Source: an uncultured Clostridia bacterium
Lineage (GTDB): Bacteria; Bacillota; Clostridia; Christensenellales; Borkfalkiaceae
Assembly (NCBI GenBank): GCA_964592605.1
Contig: CAZQFP010000001.1
Location: forward strand, 6,755 to 70,754
Length of the DNA: 64,000 bases
Reading direction: 5' to 3'
Part shown: positions 39,620 through 48,698 of the stretch, piece by piece
Numbering within the stretch: the first letter of the stretch is position 1
Layout: the number at the start of each line of letters is the position of its first letter
Position numbers and translations under genes: made by a program
The notes under the pieces: model-generated
The model's database searches: none
Told to the model about the DNA's origin: nothing
The model's input: only the letters and a program-made list of their open reading frames with translations

Positions 39620-40680
39620 CTCTTTTCTCTCCTTTTAAGCGCCCATGCACAGAGCGGAATTATTATTGCAAATATCAGCATTGCAATCCACATCCATTTT
39701 CCGAAGAAGGTGGCAACCGCCGAAAAGCTGTTGTTGAAAACCAAGGTAAGCGCAAAAATTATTGCGCTCATTGCAAGCGACCACACCATTGAATTTTTGT
39801 ACCCCGTGCAGTCTGAAATGCAGTACACCGAAAACTGAATATTGAGTAGCACGCTGAACAGCATAACGATTTCCATAACGTACAAGAATATCAAATCTAT
39901 TCTTCCTATAACTTCTATCGCGGGGAAGTGCACAGCTATCTGCGTAATTGCAAACTGGCGTATGGGAGCAATGTTTCCGTAAATTGCAACAAACGTTGCA
40001 AGGAATACAAGCACCAGAAGCGCGCCGCCGACGTATGAAAGCGTTATTTTTGCGGCGTCTCCCTTTTTGTATTTGAAATGCCCCATCATCATAAGTAGCC
40101 AGCAAGGCTCTACAAAATGGAAAACCGTACTATATGTGCCGCCCAACACTCCGGTAGCCGGCGTTTTTAATACGGGCAGAAGGTTGGAAAAATCGGCTTT
40201 TCCGAGCGACATCGAAAGTATTGCGATAAACGAAACTACAAACAGCGGAAAGCAGAAATCCGCACATCTGCCCACGTTTCCCAAGTCCTTGCTTCCCGCA
40301 TACACGGAAAAGAAGAAAAAGGGCAAAAACGCCATAAGCGAAGGTATGGTATCGTAAAAAATGGACTGCACGTACAGCTTTTGTTCAAGCACCGTAAATA
40401 TGGTGCACGCAATGAAAAATAACGCGAAAACGCCGTATATTATGCGGGCAACCACGTTTCCGAACGTGTTTTCAAGCAGTCCGAAAAACGTTTTGTCAGT
40501 GCGCGAACAAAGATAGCTCACCGCCCATATTACAATTCCCGTAACCACAAAATTTATCGCGGCGGAAAACAGCAAATCTCTTCCGCTTATCAGGCTTAGC
40601 GCCGTAGGGTAAGTTATAACTTTGGTAACCACCGTATACGCCAGCATTATAAAACATATCTGTCTTACCGAAATTTTCAT
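39616..40680 (-). CDS. spore germination receptor subunit B (GerAB-type APC-family permease)
   Basis: 354 aa with 10 TM helices. N-terminal KISVRQICFIMLAYTVV is typical of the spore permease family. 4-nt overlaps with both neighbours. Confidence 0.8.
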   Translation of the reverse strand: MKISVRQICFIMLAYTVVTKVITYPTALSLISGRDLLFSAAINFVVTGIVIWAVSYLCSRTDKTFFGLLENTFGNVVARIIYGVFALFFIACTIFTVLEQKLYVQSIFYDTIPSLMAFLPFFFFSVYAGSKDLGNVGRCADFCFPLFVVSFIAILSMSLGKADFSNLLPVLKTPATGVLGGTYSTVFHFVEPCWLLMMMGHFKYKKGDAAKITLSYVGGALLVLVFLATFVAIYGNIAPIRQFAITQIAVHFPAIEVIGRIDLIFLYVMEIVMLFSVLLNIQFSVYCISDCTGYKNSMVWSLAMSAIIFALTLVFNNSFSAVATFFGKWMWIAMLIFAIIIPLCAWALKRREKR

Positions 40681-42104
40681 TTTCTTTTAAGTCTCACTTT
40701 GTCGCCCGTATTCAGCGACTCCGGTCTTTTGTTTAGTTTAAATATATTGGCTTTTACCATGCTGTCGTACAAATCACTCTTGACAAGCGGCGCAAACGGC
40801 GTTAAAAGCGGCGTTCCGTAGCTCTGTTCGCCCGTAAGATATGCCACGAGATAGGCCACGAAAATTATTATACCGAAGGGTCCCACACTACCCGCCACAA
40901 TAAGGAAAATCCAGCGCAAAGTAGACGTTATTTCAACCATATTCGGCACCGTATAAAGTCCGATTGCCGAAAACGCAATAATTATAATAGCCGGCGTAGA
41001 TATTATTCCCGCCTTAACCGCGGTATCGCCCAGAACGAGCGCGCCAACGACTGAAAGCGCAAGTCCAACGTACTTTGGCATTCGTATCGACGCTTCCGTT
41101 AAAACTTCCAGTAGGAACAGCGTTAAAAACATTTCCACACTCGGCGAAACCGGTAGTCCCGAAACCGAGCTTGAAATTTTTAAAAGTAGCTGGAAGGGTA
41201 TAAGCTGTATTTTGAACAGCTGCGCACCGATATACAGCGCGGGCAAAAGAATACCTATCAGCAGTGCCGAAACGCGCAAAATTCTCAGCGTTGTCGAACG
41301 GTACGAAGTAACATAATAGTCTTCCACCGACTGAAAATCTTCAACCAGCATATAGGGCACGGTTAGCGCAATGGGCGAACCGTCCACAATTATTCCCACT
41401 CTTCCTTCGCAAACCTTGGCGCAGAAAATATCGGGCTTTTCGGCAGTGCCGCAACGCTTAAAAAGCGAGCGCGGCTTTTTAGATATAAACTGCGCCACGT
41501 ACGAAGAATCGGGCACAAGGTCTATATTGCCCTTTAAAATTTCCTTTTCTATGCGCTTGGGCAATCCCTTATCGCACACGCCTTCAATGTAAACAATCGC
41601 CACCGCCGTGTCCGAGCGCTCGCCGATATTTATAGTTTTAACCTGTAATTTTTCGCTCTTTATACGCTTTCTCACCAGCGCAAGATTGGTCTTTATATCT
41701 TCGATAAAACCTTCGCGCGGGCCGCGTACTGCAATCTGCGTGGGCGGTTCGGCAACAGCTCTTGCGGGCGGATTTTTCAAACCAATTATAAAGAAGTCCT
41801 TTTCGCCGTCTATAAAGAGTACGGCGTTACCGTTTGAAACTTCCTTTATAGCGTCTTCCATTTTGCCGCCGTCCTTAACTTCGGGCGAAGCGAGCAAAAG
41901 TTTAACGTCCTGAACTGTTGCGTTTTTTTCAACGTCGCGCAGCGGCTTTGCAACAAGCTCGCCCAAAAGCTGTTTGTCTGCAAGCCCGTCGGCGTAAATT
42001 GCCGCAAACTTTTTACCGCCGCCGGACATAAACTCGTAGACGAGTATGTCTTCGCTCGTTAAAACGTCCTTAACGGCTTTAATATTCTTTTCAAGTGTAA
42101 CCAT
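40677..42104 (-). CDS. spore germination receptor subunit A (GerAA-type)
   Basis: 475 aa. Soluble N-domain plus C-terminal TM region, with the conserved LTVPYMLVEDFQSVEDYY motif. Confidence 0.8.
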   Translation of the reverse strand: MVTLEKNIKAVKDVLTSEDILVYEFMSGGGKKFAAIYADGLADKQLLGELVAKPLRDVEKNATVQDVKLLLASPEVKDGGKMEDAIKEVSNGNAVLFIDGEKDFFIIGLKNPPARAVAEPPTQIAVRGPREGFIEDIKTNLALVRKRIKSEKLQVKTINIGERSDTAVAIVYIEGVCDKGLPKRIEKEILKGNIDLVPDSSYVAQFISKKPRSLFKRCGTAEKPDIFCAKVCEGRVGIIVDGSPIALTVPYMLVEDFQSVEDYYVTSYRSTTLRILRVSALLIGILLPALYIGAQLFKIQLIPFQLLLKISSSVSGLPVSPSVEMFLTLFLLEVLTEASIRMPKYVGLALSVVGALVLGDTAVKAGIISTPAIIIIAFSAIGLYTVPNMVEITSTLRWIFLIVAGSVGPFGIIIFVAYLVAYLTGEQSYGTPLLTPFAPLVKSDLYDSMVKANIFKLNKRPESLNTGDKVRLKRK

Positions 42105-42169
42105 ACAATTACTTTTTGTATTTTTTTATAAATAATTCAAAACAACAAAACATTTCCCATTCCCCCGCT

Positions 42170-42248
42170 TGTCATTCTAAGCCTTCGGCGAAGAATCCCA
42201 TAAAAAACCGCTACAAAATGGGGCCCTTCGCCAAGGCTCAGTGCGACA
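42170..42248. repeat. MITE-like inverted-repeat element (full copy)
   Basis: Left arm TGTCATTCTAAGCCTTCGGCGAAGAATCCC and right arm GGGGCCCTTCGCCAAGGCTCAGTGCGACA are inverted, separated by ~20 nt. Intergenic. Confidence 0.7.
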
Positions 42249-42300
42249 GATACAAACCTTCCCCCGCCCCAAAAAATTTTAAAAATTTTCACAAAAACAC

Positions 42301-42331
42301 TTGACAAGCAATACTATGCAATGTATAGTAT
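42301..42331 (+). promoter_or_regulatory. sigma-A promoter of the PadR operon with overlapping inverted-repeat operator
   Basis: TTGACA (42301-42306), 17 nt, TATAGT (42324-42329). Inverted repeat ATACTAT-N7-ATAGTAT (42311-42317 / 42325-42331) covers the spacer and the -10. Confidence 0.65.
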
Positions 42332-42352
42332 TAGACAAAACGGGGTATTTGT

Positions 42353-42664
42353 ATGGATATACAACTTAAAAAAGGAATTTTAGACGTTTGCGTTCTCCAT
42401 GCAATTTCCAACGGAGAAAGCTACGGCTATAAAATAATCAGCGATTTGCAGGGAGTTATCGAAATTTCCGAAAGCACTCTCTACCCCATTTTAAAGCGGC
42501 TTGAAGCGGCGGGCTACGTAACAACGCGAACGGCTGAATACAGCGGCAGACTTCGCAGATACTATAAAATAACTACTCTCGGTTTAAAAAGGCTTGTTTC
42601 GGGAAAATGCGACCTGCTTGAAATAAACCAAATTTACAAAAAACTGTTCGGAGGGAAAATATGA
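42353..42664 (+). CDS. PadR family transcriptional regulator
   Basis: 103 aa. Winged-helix pattern LDVCVLHAISNGESYGYKIISDL...STLYPILKRLEAAGYV...YYKIT. Confidence 0.85.
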   Translation: MDIQLKKGILDVCVLHAISNGESYGYKIISDLQGVIEISESTLYPILKRLEAAGYVTTRTAEYSGRLRRYYKITTLGLKRLVSGKCDLLEINQIYKKLFGGKI

Positions 42665-43431
42665 CCTATAACGAATGGCGCGACGAACTTAAAAGCAATT
42701 TATTGTGCGTTTCCGAAAGCGAACGCAGGCGCGTACTCGACTACTATGCCGAAGCCTACGCAGACAGGCGCGAAGCGGGTTTTACCGAAAAGGAAATTAT
42801 AGACTACTTCGGCGCACCCTACGACGCGGCGCAGAGAATACTCGGCGAAGGTCAAAGCACTAACGACTACTACGAGCAGCCGCAAGAAGATAAAAAATCT
42901 TCCCGCCGCGAAGAAAGAGAGCGCATGCACGCCGAAAAGGAACGTATACGCCGCGAACGCCATTCCAAGCGCGCCGACGATTTTGACGACGTCTTTTACG
43001 AAAACGGCAACCGTAACGAAAACCGTTACGACGGGTACGATAACGCAAGCTACAACAGCCAAAGCGCACCCCCTTCGTACACTCAACACGAACAGCGCGG
43101 AGACTACACCTGGGTATTTGTACTGCTGTGCATACTTTTCGCCATTCCTATCTTCTGGGTAGTTATGGCAATGGTCGGCGTAACGATAGGCTTTTGCGTA
43201 GCCCCCTTCGCGGTTCTCATCTCTGGCGTGGCTTCGGTGGGCGCGGGCATAGGTCAGCTTTTTGTGGACCCGGTAGGCGGCGCAATAACCATCGGCTCGG
43301 GACTGATAATCTTCGGCATAAGTTTAATTTTAATGCCGCTGTGCTTCAAGCTCGTAAAATGGATGTGGAAACTATTTCACATGTTCTTTGCCTGGCTTAG
43401 AAGATTTTTCAGCGGAAGGGAGAAAATATAA
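42661..43431 (+). CDS. DUF1700-like membrane protein (PadR-operon partner)
   Basis: The N-terminal segment YNEWRDELKSNL...ESERRRVLDYYAEAY...EKEIIDYFGAP is typical of DUF1700. Charged linker, C-terminal TM helices, ATGA overlap with padR. Confidence 0.7.
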   Translation: MTYNEWRDELKSNLLCVSESERRRVLDYYAEAYADRREAGFTEKEIIDYFGAPYDAAQRILGEGQSTNDYYEQPQEDKKSSRREERERMHAEKERIRRERHSKRADDFDDVFYENGNRNENRYDGYDNASYNSQSAPPSYTQHEQRGDYTWVFVLLCILFAIPIFWVVMAMVGVTIGFCVAPFAVLISGVASVGAGIGQLFVDPVGGAITIGSGLIIFGISLILMPLCFKLVKWMWKLFHMFFAWLRRFFSGREKI

Positions 43432-44222
43432 TGAAAGGATTTGTAAAAGTGATTATTGCAGGTGCGGTTATAATAGGTTTGGGTATAGCGGTTTTACTTA
43501 TAGCGTTGGGACTGAACGGCTGGTCGTTCACCCCTAACTTTGAAATGCAGGACTTCGCCGCCGAACAGGAGAACACTTCTCTTTCGGTCAATCTCGACGC
43601 AGGCAGACTTAAAGTTGAATATCTTGAAGACGGTAGCGACAAAATTCAGATTACCTACCCCACCGCAAAGGGCTGGGAAACCACTATTTCTGAAAACGGC
43701 GGCAAACTTACGCTTGTCGGCAACAAACACAACTGGTACACGTTCACATGGGGCGTAACCTTCCCCGAAACGGTAATTAAAATTCCCAAAAACACAATCG
43801 GCACCGTTGATATAACCTTGAACGCGGGCACCGTTGATCTTGCCGGCGGCGAATACCAAAGCGTAAAAATTCAGGTCAATGCAGGCACATGCAACGTCGG
43901 CGAAATAAGCGGTTGCAATACGCTCGATTTAACGGTAAACGCAGGCACGTTAAACGTGGAAGGCGCGCAGTGCAACAAGGTTACAAGCGAAGTTAACGCC
44001 GGCTCTGCCACTATTAAGAAGATTGACAGCGCGCAAACCGACGTTACCGTAAGCGCAGGCTCGGCAACGCTTGCCTTCACGGGAGCTAAAACCGAGTACA
44101 ACGCTACGGTAGACGTAAGCCTTGGCAAATGCGAAGGTTTGGAAACGCAGTCGGGCAACGGCGACAAAAATATTTCAATAAACGTTTCGGCAGGCTCGGC
44201 AAAAGTATCGTTCTCAAACTAA
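43431..44222 (+). CDS. DUF4097-like 'putative adhesin' beta-repeat protein with N-terminal TM anchor
   Basis: Repeated VNAGT/VNAGS/VSAGSA strands are characteristic of DUF4097. This is the common third gene of PadR-DUF1700 operons. TAATG overlap. Confidence 0.7.
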   Translation: MKGFVKVIIAGAVIIGLGIAVLLIALGLNGWSFTPNFEMQDFAAEQENTSLSVNLDAGRLKVEYLEDGSDKIQITYPTAKGWETTISENGGKLTLVGNKHNWYTFTWGVTFPETVIKIPKNTIGTVDITLNAGTVDLAGGEYQSVKIQVNAGTCNVGEISGCNTLDLTVNAGTLNVEGAQCNKVTSEVNAGSATIKKIDSAQTDVTVSAGSATLAFTGAKTEYNATVDVSLGKCEGLETQSGNGDKNISINVSAGSAKVSFSN

Positions 44223-44228
44223 CACTAT

Positions 44229-44258
44229 TGTCATTCCGAGTAAAACGAAGAATTCCCC
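44229..44258. repeat. MITE-like repeat, left-arm half copy
   Basis: TGTCATTCCGAGTAAAACGAAGAATTCCCC, followed by AATACAAG. Starts 7 nt after the stop codon at 44222. Confidence 0.6.
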
Positions 44259-44384
44259 AATACAAGCGCAACACAACGCGAATAATCCCATAATTCACCA
44301 AACTTCACAAAGTTGACAACAAAATATACAAATGCTAAAATACAGCCGTATACAACGGCTGTATTTTTTTACTAAGGTGAACAT

Positions 44385-45206
44385 ATGAAATTTGATTACA
44401 ATGCGGAATACTTCAATCCCGAACACGTTTTGGAATGCGGACAGACCTTCCGCTTTTCCCCGTATAAAAACGGCTATCTCGTCAACTCTGCGGACAAAAT
44501 CTGCTACGTTTACACCGACGGCGATAAAACGGTTGTAGAAAGCGACGACAATGACTATTTTTACAACTATTTCGACCTTGACCGCGACTATAAAAGCATT
44601 GTGGAACGCGCAAAAGTCCACAATATTCCCCTACTTACGCGCTCGTGCGAGCTGTGCAAGGGACTGCGGCTTTTAAACCAGAACCGCGAAGAAATGCTGT
44701 TTTCTTTCATTATTTCGCAAAACAACAACATACCGCGCATAAAGGGCATTATCTCGCGCATATGTGCGGGGCTAGGCGAAAAACGTGAGTTTTTAGGCGA
44801 AGAATATTTCACCTTCCCCACCGCGCAAAAACTTACTTCGGCTGGCAAAGAATTTTTTAAAAACGCAGGTTGCGGCTACCGCGACAGCTATCTTGCCGAA
44901 ACGTCCGCAAGGGTATGCGCCGAAGGACTTGCCCAGCTTGAAAACCTGCCCACGGAAGAGCTTAAACGCCGCCTTTTAACCTACAAGGGCGTCGGCGGAA
45001 AAGTTGCCGACTGCATTTCGCTTTTCGGCTTTTCAAAACGCGACAGCTTCCCCGTAGACACGTGGATTGAAAAAGTGTACCGCGAAGACTTCGGCGGCGA
45101 GCTTACCGACAGAAACAAAATAACGCAATACTTTATGTCGCTGTTCGGCGAAGACGCAGGTTATATTCAGCAGTATTTATTTTACGGAAAACGGCAAAAC
45201 TTATAG
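44385..45206 (+). CDS. ogg: 8-oxoguanine DNA glycosylase/AP lyase (HhH-GPD superfamily, Ogg-type)
   Basis: AAGGTGA RBS. ECGQTFRF N-domain motif, HhH with catalytic Lys YKGVGGKVADCISLFGF, and Asp in FPVDTWI. Confidence 0.8.
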   Translation: MKFDYNAEYFNPEHVLECGQTFRFSPYKNGYLVNSADKICYVYTDGDKTVVESDDNDYFYNYFDLDRDYKSIVERAKVHNIPLLTRSCELCKGLRLLNQNREEMLFSFIISQNNNIPRIKGIISRICAGLGEKREFLGEEYFTFPTAQKLTSAGKEFFKNAGCGYRDSYLAETSARVCAEGLAQLENLPTEELKRRLLTYKGVGGKVADCISLFGFSKRDSFPVDTWIEKVYREDFGGELTDRNKITQYFMSLFGEDAGYIQQYLFYGKRQNL

Positions 45207-45207
45207 T

Positions 45208-45882
45208 ATGCCCGATTACTTTTCACACATTATCGTAGCCGAAAAAATTTACGAACGGCTTGAACCTGACTTAAAAGAAAAAATAACTAACCAGACCCTG
45301 TACTTTTTGGGCTCGCAAGGACCCGACATATTTTTCACGTACAGCGCAAAACCCACCAAAACCAATTTAGGGCGGGTTATTCACGGTCGTAGCGCGGTTG
45401 AAGTTTTTACCGCTCTTACAAGCGCAAACCCTTCGTATGCGGCGGGCTTTGCCGCACACTACGCGCTAGACAGTATGCTTCATCCCGCAGTATATGCGTA
45501 CGAAAGCGGTAAGCGCTCCCCGTTTGCGCACCAGCGCTTTGAAAAAGATTTGGGGCTGTATATAAGCAAGTTTTACCGCACGCGCCGCACGATTTTACAG
45601 CGCGAAAAGATACTTGAATGCACCTTTGCCATTTACGACAGCGCAAAACTTTTGGACGACGAAATTACGGTTACCGGCGTTGAACGTTGCTTAAAGCGCC
45701 ACTTCGAATACACCCGCTACCTTTACCGCACTAAAAAGCAAAGCTATAAGTGCCGTTTCGATTTCTCGTCGCTTGCCGGCGCGGTTGAAGACGCCGTAAC
45801 TTTGGGCGCGGAGTGCGTTAAATGCGTGCTTACTGGCGATATAAACGCTGAAACTTTCGAAAGAGAATTTCTGCAACATTAA
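45208..45882 (+). CDS. zinc-dependent phospholipase C-like family protein
   Basis: N-terminal FSHIIVAE, GSQGPDIFF, HG and FAAHYALDSMLHP match the His/Asp-rich pattern I associate with that family. Starts 2 nt after ogg. Confidence 0.5.
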   Translation: MPDYFSHIIVAEKIYERLEPDLKEKITNQTLYFLGSQGPDIFFTYSAKPTKTNLGRVIHGRSAVEVFTALTSANPSYAAGFAAHYALDSMLHPAVYAYESGKRSPFAHQRFEKDLGLYISKFYRTRRTILQREKILECTFAIYDSAKLLDDEITVTGVERCLKRHFEYTRYLYRTKKQSYKCRFDFSSLAGAVEDAVTLGAECVKCVLTGDINAETFEREFLQH

Positions 45883-45889
45883 CCATAAC

Positions 45890-45917
45890 TGTCATTTTGA
45901 GTGAAACGAAAAATCCC
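45890..45917. repeat. MITE-like repeat, left-arm half copy
   Basis: TGTCATTTTGAGTGAAACGAAAAATCCC, followed by ACAATACAAATG. Starts 8 nt after the stop codon at 45882. Confidence 0.6.
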
Positions 45918-45974
45918 ACAATACAAATGCAAAGCCTTACAAAAAATCCCGTTATAGCAAGAAAAAACAATTAA

Positions 45975-46020
45975 AGACCGCGGAAAGTCAAACATATTCC
46001 GCGGTCTATTCTATTATTTT
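45975..46020. terminator. hairpin terminator shared by convergent genes
   Basis: AGACCGCGGAA / TTCCGCGGTCT 11-bp stem (45975-45985 / 45997-46007), followed by ATTCTATTATTTT. It overlaps the stop of the minus-strand M50 protease gene. Confidence 0.65.
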
Positions 46021-46803
46021 ATCGTATATATTCTTTTCAAGTAATTTCTCGTACAGCTCGTCTTCGGTAATCTCGTCGATAAATTTGTCGCCGTAAATCT
46101 GCAAAACCAGATACCTGCTTCCGTCCAAAAAGCGCAAGGCGTCGCGGTACGTCGCCGCTTCGTCCAAAATTACGTAACGGATGTCCTTGCCCCGCTTTTT
46201 CTTTCTCAGCGCAAAGTTTATCTTTTTTGCAGGCGGGCTCTTTGCAAATACCGAACCGAACAACATTACCGCAGAACTCAAAAGCGACATATTGTGAAAT
46301 GCAAAAAAGTACAGCAAAACCATTGCCGCAACAACCAGCACGTTTATAGCTCTAAGGCATATATTTGCGGCTTTGGGCTTCAAAAATTTGCACAAAACGC
46401 ACTTTGCAACTCTGCCGCCGTCCAAAGGGTAAGCGGGCAACAAATTCAGCAAAAGCATACCTGCGCTGGCGTAAAAAACGGTGTCGGTATATGCGTAGGT
46501 TACTGGGTAAAACCACCACAGCCCCCCTATTATAAGGCAAATAACGCAGTTTACCGCAGGACCGGCAAGCGCAAGTTTCGTTTCGTCGGCAAAAGAAATT
46601 CCTTCAATGTCGCACACCGCCGCCGCGCCGTAAGCCATAAGCGAAACCTTACTGCACTCATACCCCATTTTCGCCGCGCAAAATATATGACCGCACTCGT
46701 GTAAAAGTGCGGTCAGTGCGCATATTATAAATTCGGGAAATCCGCCGAATATTGCGCAGAACAGTCCCACCGCAAAGAACAGCGGGTGTATTGTTATTTT
46801 CAC
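46006..46803 (-). CDS. spoIVFB: site-2 (M50) intramembrane metalloprotease, SpoIVFB-like
   Basis: HECGH zinc motif in a TM helix, NLLPAYPLDGGRV second motif, and a C-terminal CBS-like segment. Overlaps the upstream LytM-like gene as in spoIVF operons. Confidence 0.7.
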   Translation of the reverse strand: MKITIHPLFFAVGLFCAIFGGFPEFIICALTALLHECGHIFCAAKMGYECSKVSLMAYGAAAVCDIEGISFADETKLALAGPAVNCVICLIIGGLWWFYPVTYAYTDTVFYASAGMLLLNLLPAYPLDGGRVAKCVLCKFLKPKAANICLRAINVLVVAAMVLLYFFAFHNMSLLSSAVMLFGSVFAKSPPAKKINFALRKKKRGKDIRYVILDEAATYRDALRFLDGSRYLVLQIYGDKFIDEITEDELYEKLLEKNIYDKIIE

Positions 46804-47576
46804 GAATTCCAGACGGGTACTACGCCCGAAAGCGTGTAGCAGTTCAAAAGAGTGTCGCCGTCGTACATAGAAACTTTAATTTCGTTTTCGCCGTCGCTGT
46901 AACCTAAGGGCAGGTTCGCAGCAATCTTCGTTCCCTTTTCGGCGTAAACGTTTGTAAGCCCGGTAACAACGCTTTTAAAGGTAGACGAGTGCGCAATCTG
47001 CACCGAATACAGTCCGTCGCTTTCGCTTATGGAAGCAACCGTACCGCCGCACACGGGATAAACCGCTCCCTTTTCGGTAAACGAAAGCACACCGTTAGAA
47101 GCAACGGTAATTTCCGCGTCGGAAAAATCGCTTACAACCGGCGTTAAAGTAAAGCTGGTGTACGCGGGTTCTTCCGCCGTAACAGTGCCGTCCTTGAACG
47201 AGCCGATAAACGTATTTATAGCGCTTTGCGGCATAAGCATATTTGTTATGAAAATAGCGAACGCAATTACGCAAACGGCGATAAGCTCGCTAAAAAGCAC
47301 AATACTTCCCTTGTCGCGCGTCAGCTTTTTAAAGGGCGCGTTAGTATTTTCCTTTTCTTCGGCGTTTACCGGCGGATCGGACAAATCTTCGGCGTAAACG
47401 TACGCGCCTACGCGCTCGTTAACGCTGTCCACAACAAGTTCTTTCAAATCGTCCTGCTGTTGCGGCAGCTTTTCCGCCGTCTTGCGCTTGAAAAGATTAA
47501 AACTCTTCTTTTTTACAACGTTTACGGTGCTTACGGGTATTTCAAGCATCTCGGCATAATCAAGTTCCTGATTCAT
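46800..47576 (-). CDS. membrane protein with degenerate LytM/M23-like C-terminal domain, SpoIVFA-like
   Basis: Single TM helix (IVLFSELIAVCVIAFAIFITNML). C-terminal beta-rich domain (GAVYPVCGGTVASISESDGLYSVQIAHSSTFKSVVTGL) lacks the HxxxD/HxH metal ligands. Lies immediately upstream of the M50 protease gene. Confidence 0.55.
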   Translation of the reverse strand: MNQELDYAEMLEIPVSTVNVVKKKSFNLFKRKTAEKLPQQQDDLKELVVDSVNERVGAYVYAEDLSDPPVNAEEKENTNAPFKKLTRDKGSIVLFSELIAVCVIAFAIFITNMLMPQSAINTFIGSFKDGTVTAEEPAYTSFTLTPVVSDFSDAEITVASNGVLSFTEKGAVYPVCGGTVASISESDGLYSVQIAHSSTFKSVVTGLTNVYAEKGTKIAANLPLGYSDGENEIKVSMYDGDTLLNCYTLSGVVPVWNS

Positions 47577-47732
47577 ATCTTTCTCCTAATTTTTAAGTCT
47601 AAGATAATGTATTCAGTGCCTAATTTATTTAGAACAAAATTTTTAACCGCGGCATATAATGAACGCCACCAAGCATTAAAAAACCGCCGACTGCAGAAAA
47701 TTGCAATCGGCGTTAAAAACAATATATTTAAT

Positions 47733-48563
47733 TTAAAAACTCGGAAGTCTGTCCGAAAGACAAGCAAACTGTTCGGGCGAAAGCGTTTCGCCGCGCGCCT
47801 TAATATCAATTCCGCACTCGCAAAGTATGCGTTCCGCGTCTTCGCGCGAAAGTTTAAACGAGTTCATCAAATTGTTTGCAAGCGTCTTTCTGCGCGCCGA
47901 AAACGCCGCACGCACGGTCTTTTTGTAAGTTTCCGCGTCCTTTACGGCAATTCTGCCGTCTTGTATAACAAGATTTACTACCGCGCTGTCAACGTTAGGG
48001 CGCGGGTAAAAATACGTGCGCGGCACTTTTTTAACTGTCGTTGCCTGTGCTCTCAGCGCTATCGCCGCCGTTATCGCCCCGTATTCGGGCGTGTTCGCCG
48101 CCGCACAAAACCTGTCTGCAACTTCTTCCTGTACCATCACGGTAAGGCTCTTGCACTTTTTGCTCTCTTCCAAAAATTTCATAATTACGGGCGTTGTAAT
48201 GTAATAAGGAAGGTTCGCCACCACAAAATATTCGCCGGTTTTTTCTTCAAGCGCCTTCAAATTAACCTTTAAAAAGTCCTGAAAAACTATTTCAGCGTTT
48301 TCAACGCCGGCAAGCGTGCGTGCAAGCACTCCTTCAAGCGTTTTGTCTACTTCAAAAGAAATAATCTTTTTAACGCGCTTTGCCACCGCGCGCGTAAGCG
48401 TACCAGCGCCGCAACCTATTTCTATAACGGTATCGTCCGCACCCGCGCCCGAAAGTTCGGCAATTTCGTCTAAAAGCGCTTCGTCGGTAATAAAATTCTG
48501 CCCGAATTTCTTTTTAAAGCCGAAACCGCTCGCCGCAATGGCACTTTTAACGTCATTTCCCAT
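47733..48563 (-). CDS. rsmA: 16S rRNA (adenine1518/1519-N6)-dimethyltransferase
   Basis: KKKFGQNFI motif, SAM motif VIEIGCGAGTLT, and NLPYYITTP. Confidence 0.9.
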   Translation of the reverse strand: MGNDVKSAIAASGFGFKKKFGQNFITDEALLDEIAELSGAGADDTVIEIGCGAGTLTRAVAKRVKKIISFEVDKTLEGVLARTLAGVENAEIVFQDFLKVNLKALEEKTGEYFVVANLPYYITTPVIMKFLEESKKCKSLTVMVQEEVADRFCAAANTPEYGAITAAIALRAQATTVKKVPRTYFYPRPNVDSAVVNLVIQDGRIAVKDAETYKKTVRAAFSARRKTLANNLMNSFKLSREDAERILCECGIDIKARGETLSPEQFACLSDRLPSF

Positions 48564-48659
48564 ATTTTAGCCGCCCGATAAAATGTATAAAGCAATTATA
48601 ACAACTTAAACTAAGATTGTAAACGAAATTAAACCGTTTGCCATACTTCCGATAAAAAA

Positions 48660-48682
48660 GCCCGCGAGCATCGCTCGCGGGC
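48660..48682 (-). terminator. rho-independent terminator after tatD
   Basis: GCCCGCGAGC / GCTCGCGGGC stem with a 3-nt loop. On the minus strand it is followed by TTTTTTATCGG. Confidence 0.75.
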
Positions 48683-48698
48683 TTCAATCTTTATATCG

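Noticed and set aside
47226-48272. A 348-aa plus-strand ORF, the longest unannotated ORF in the track.
   Set aside because: It lies entirely antisense to the rsmA and SpoIVFA-like genes. It has an Arg/Phe/Lys-rich low-complexity composition typical of a shadow frame, and no RBS.
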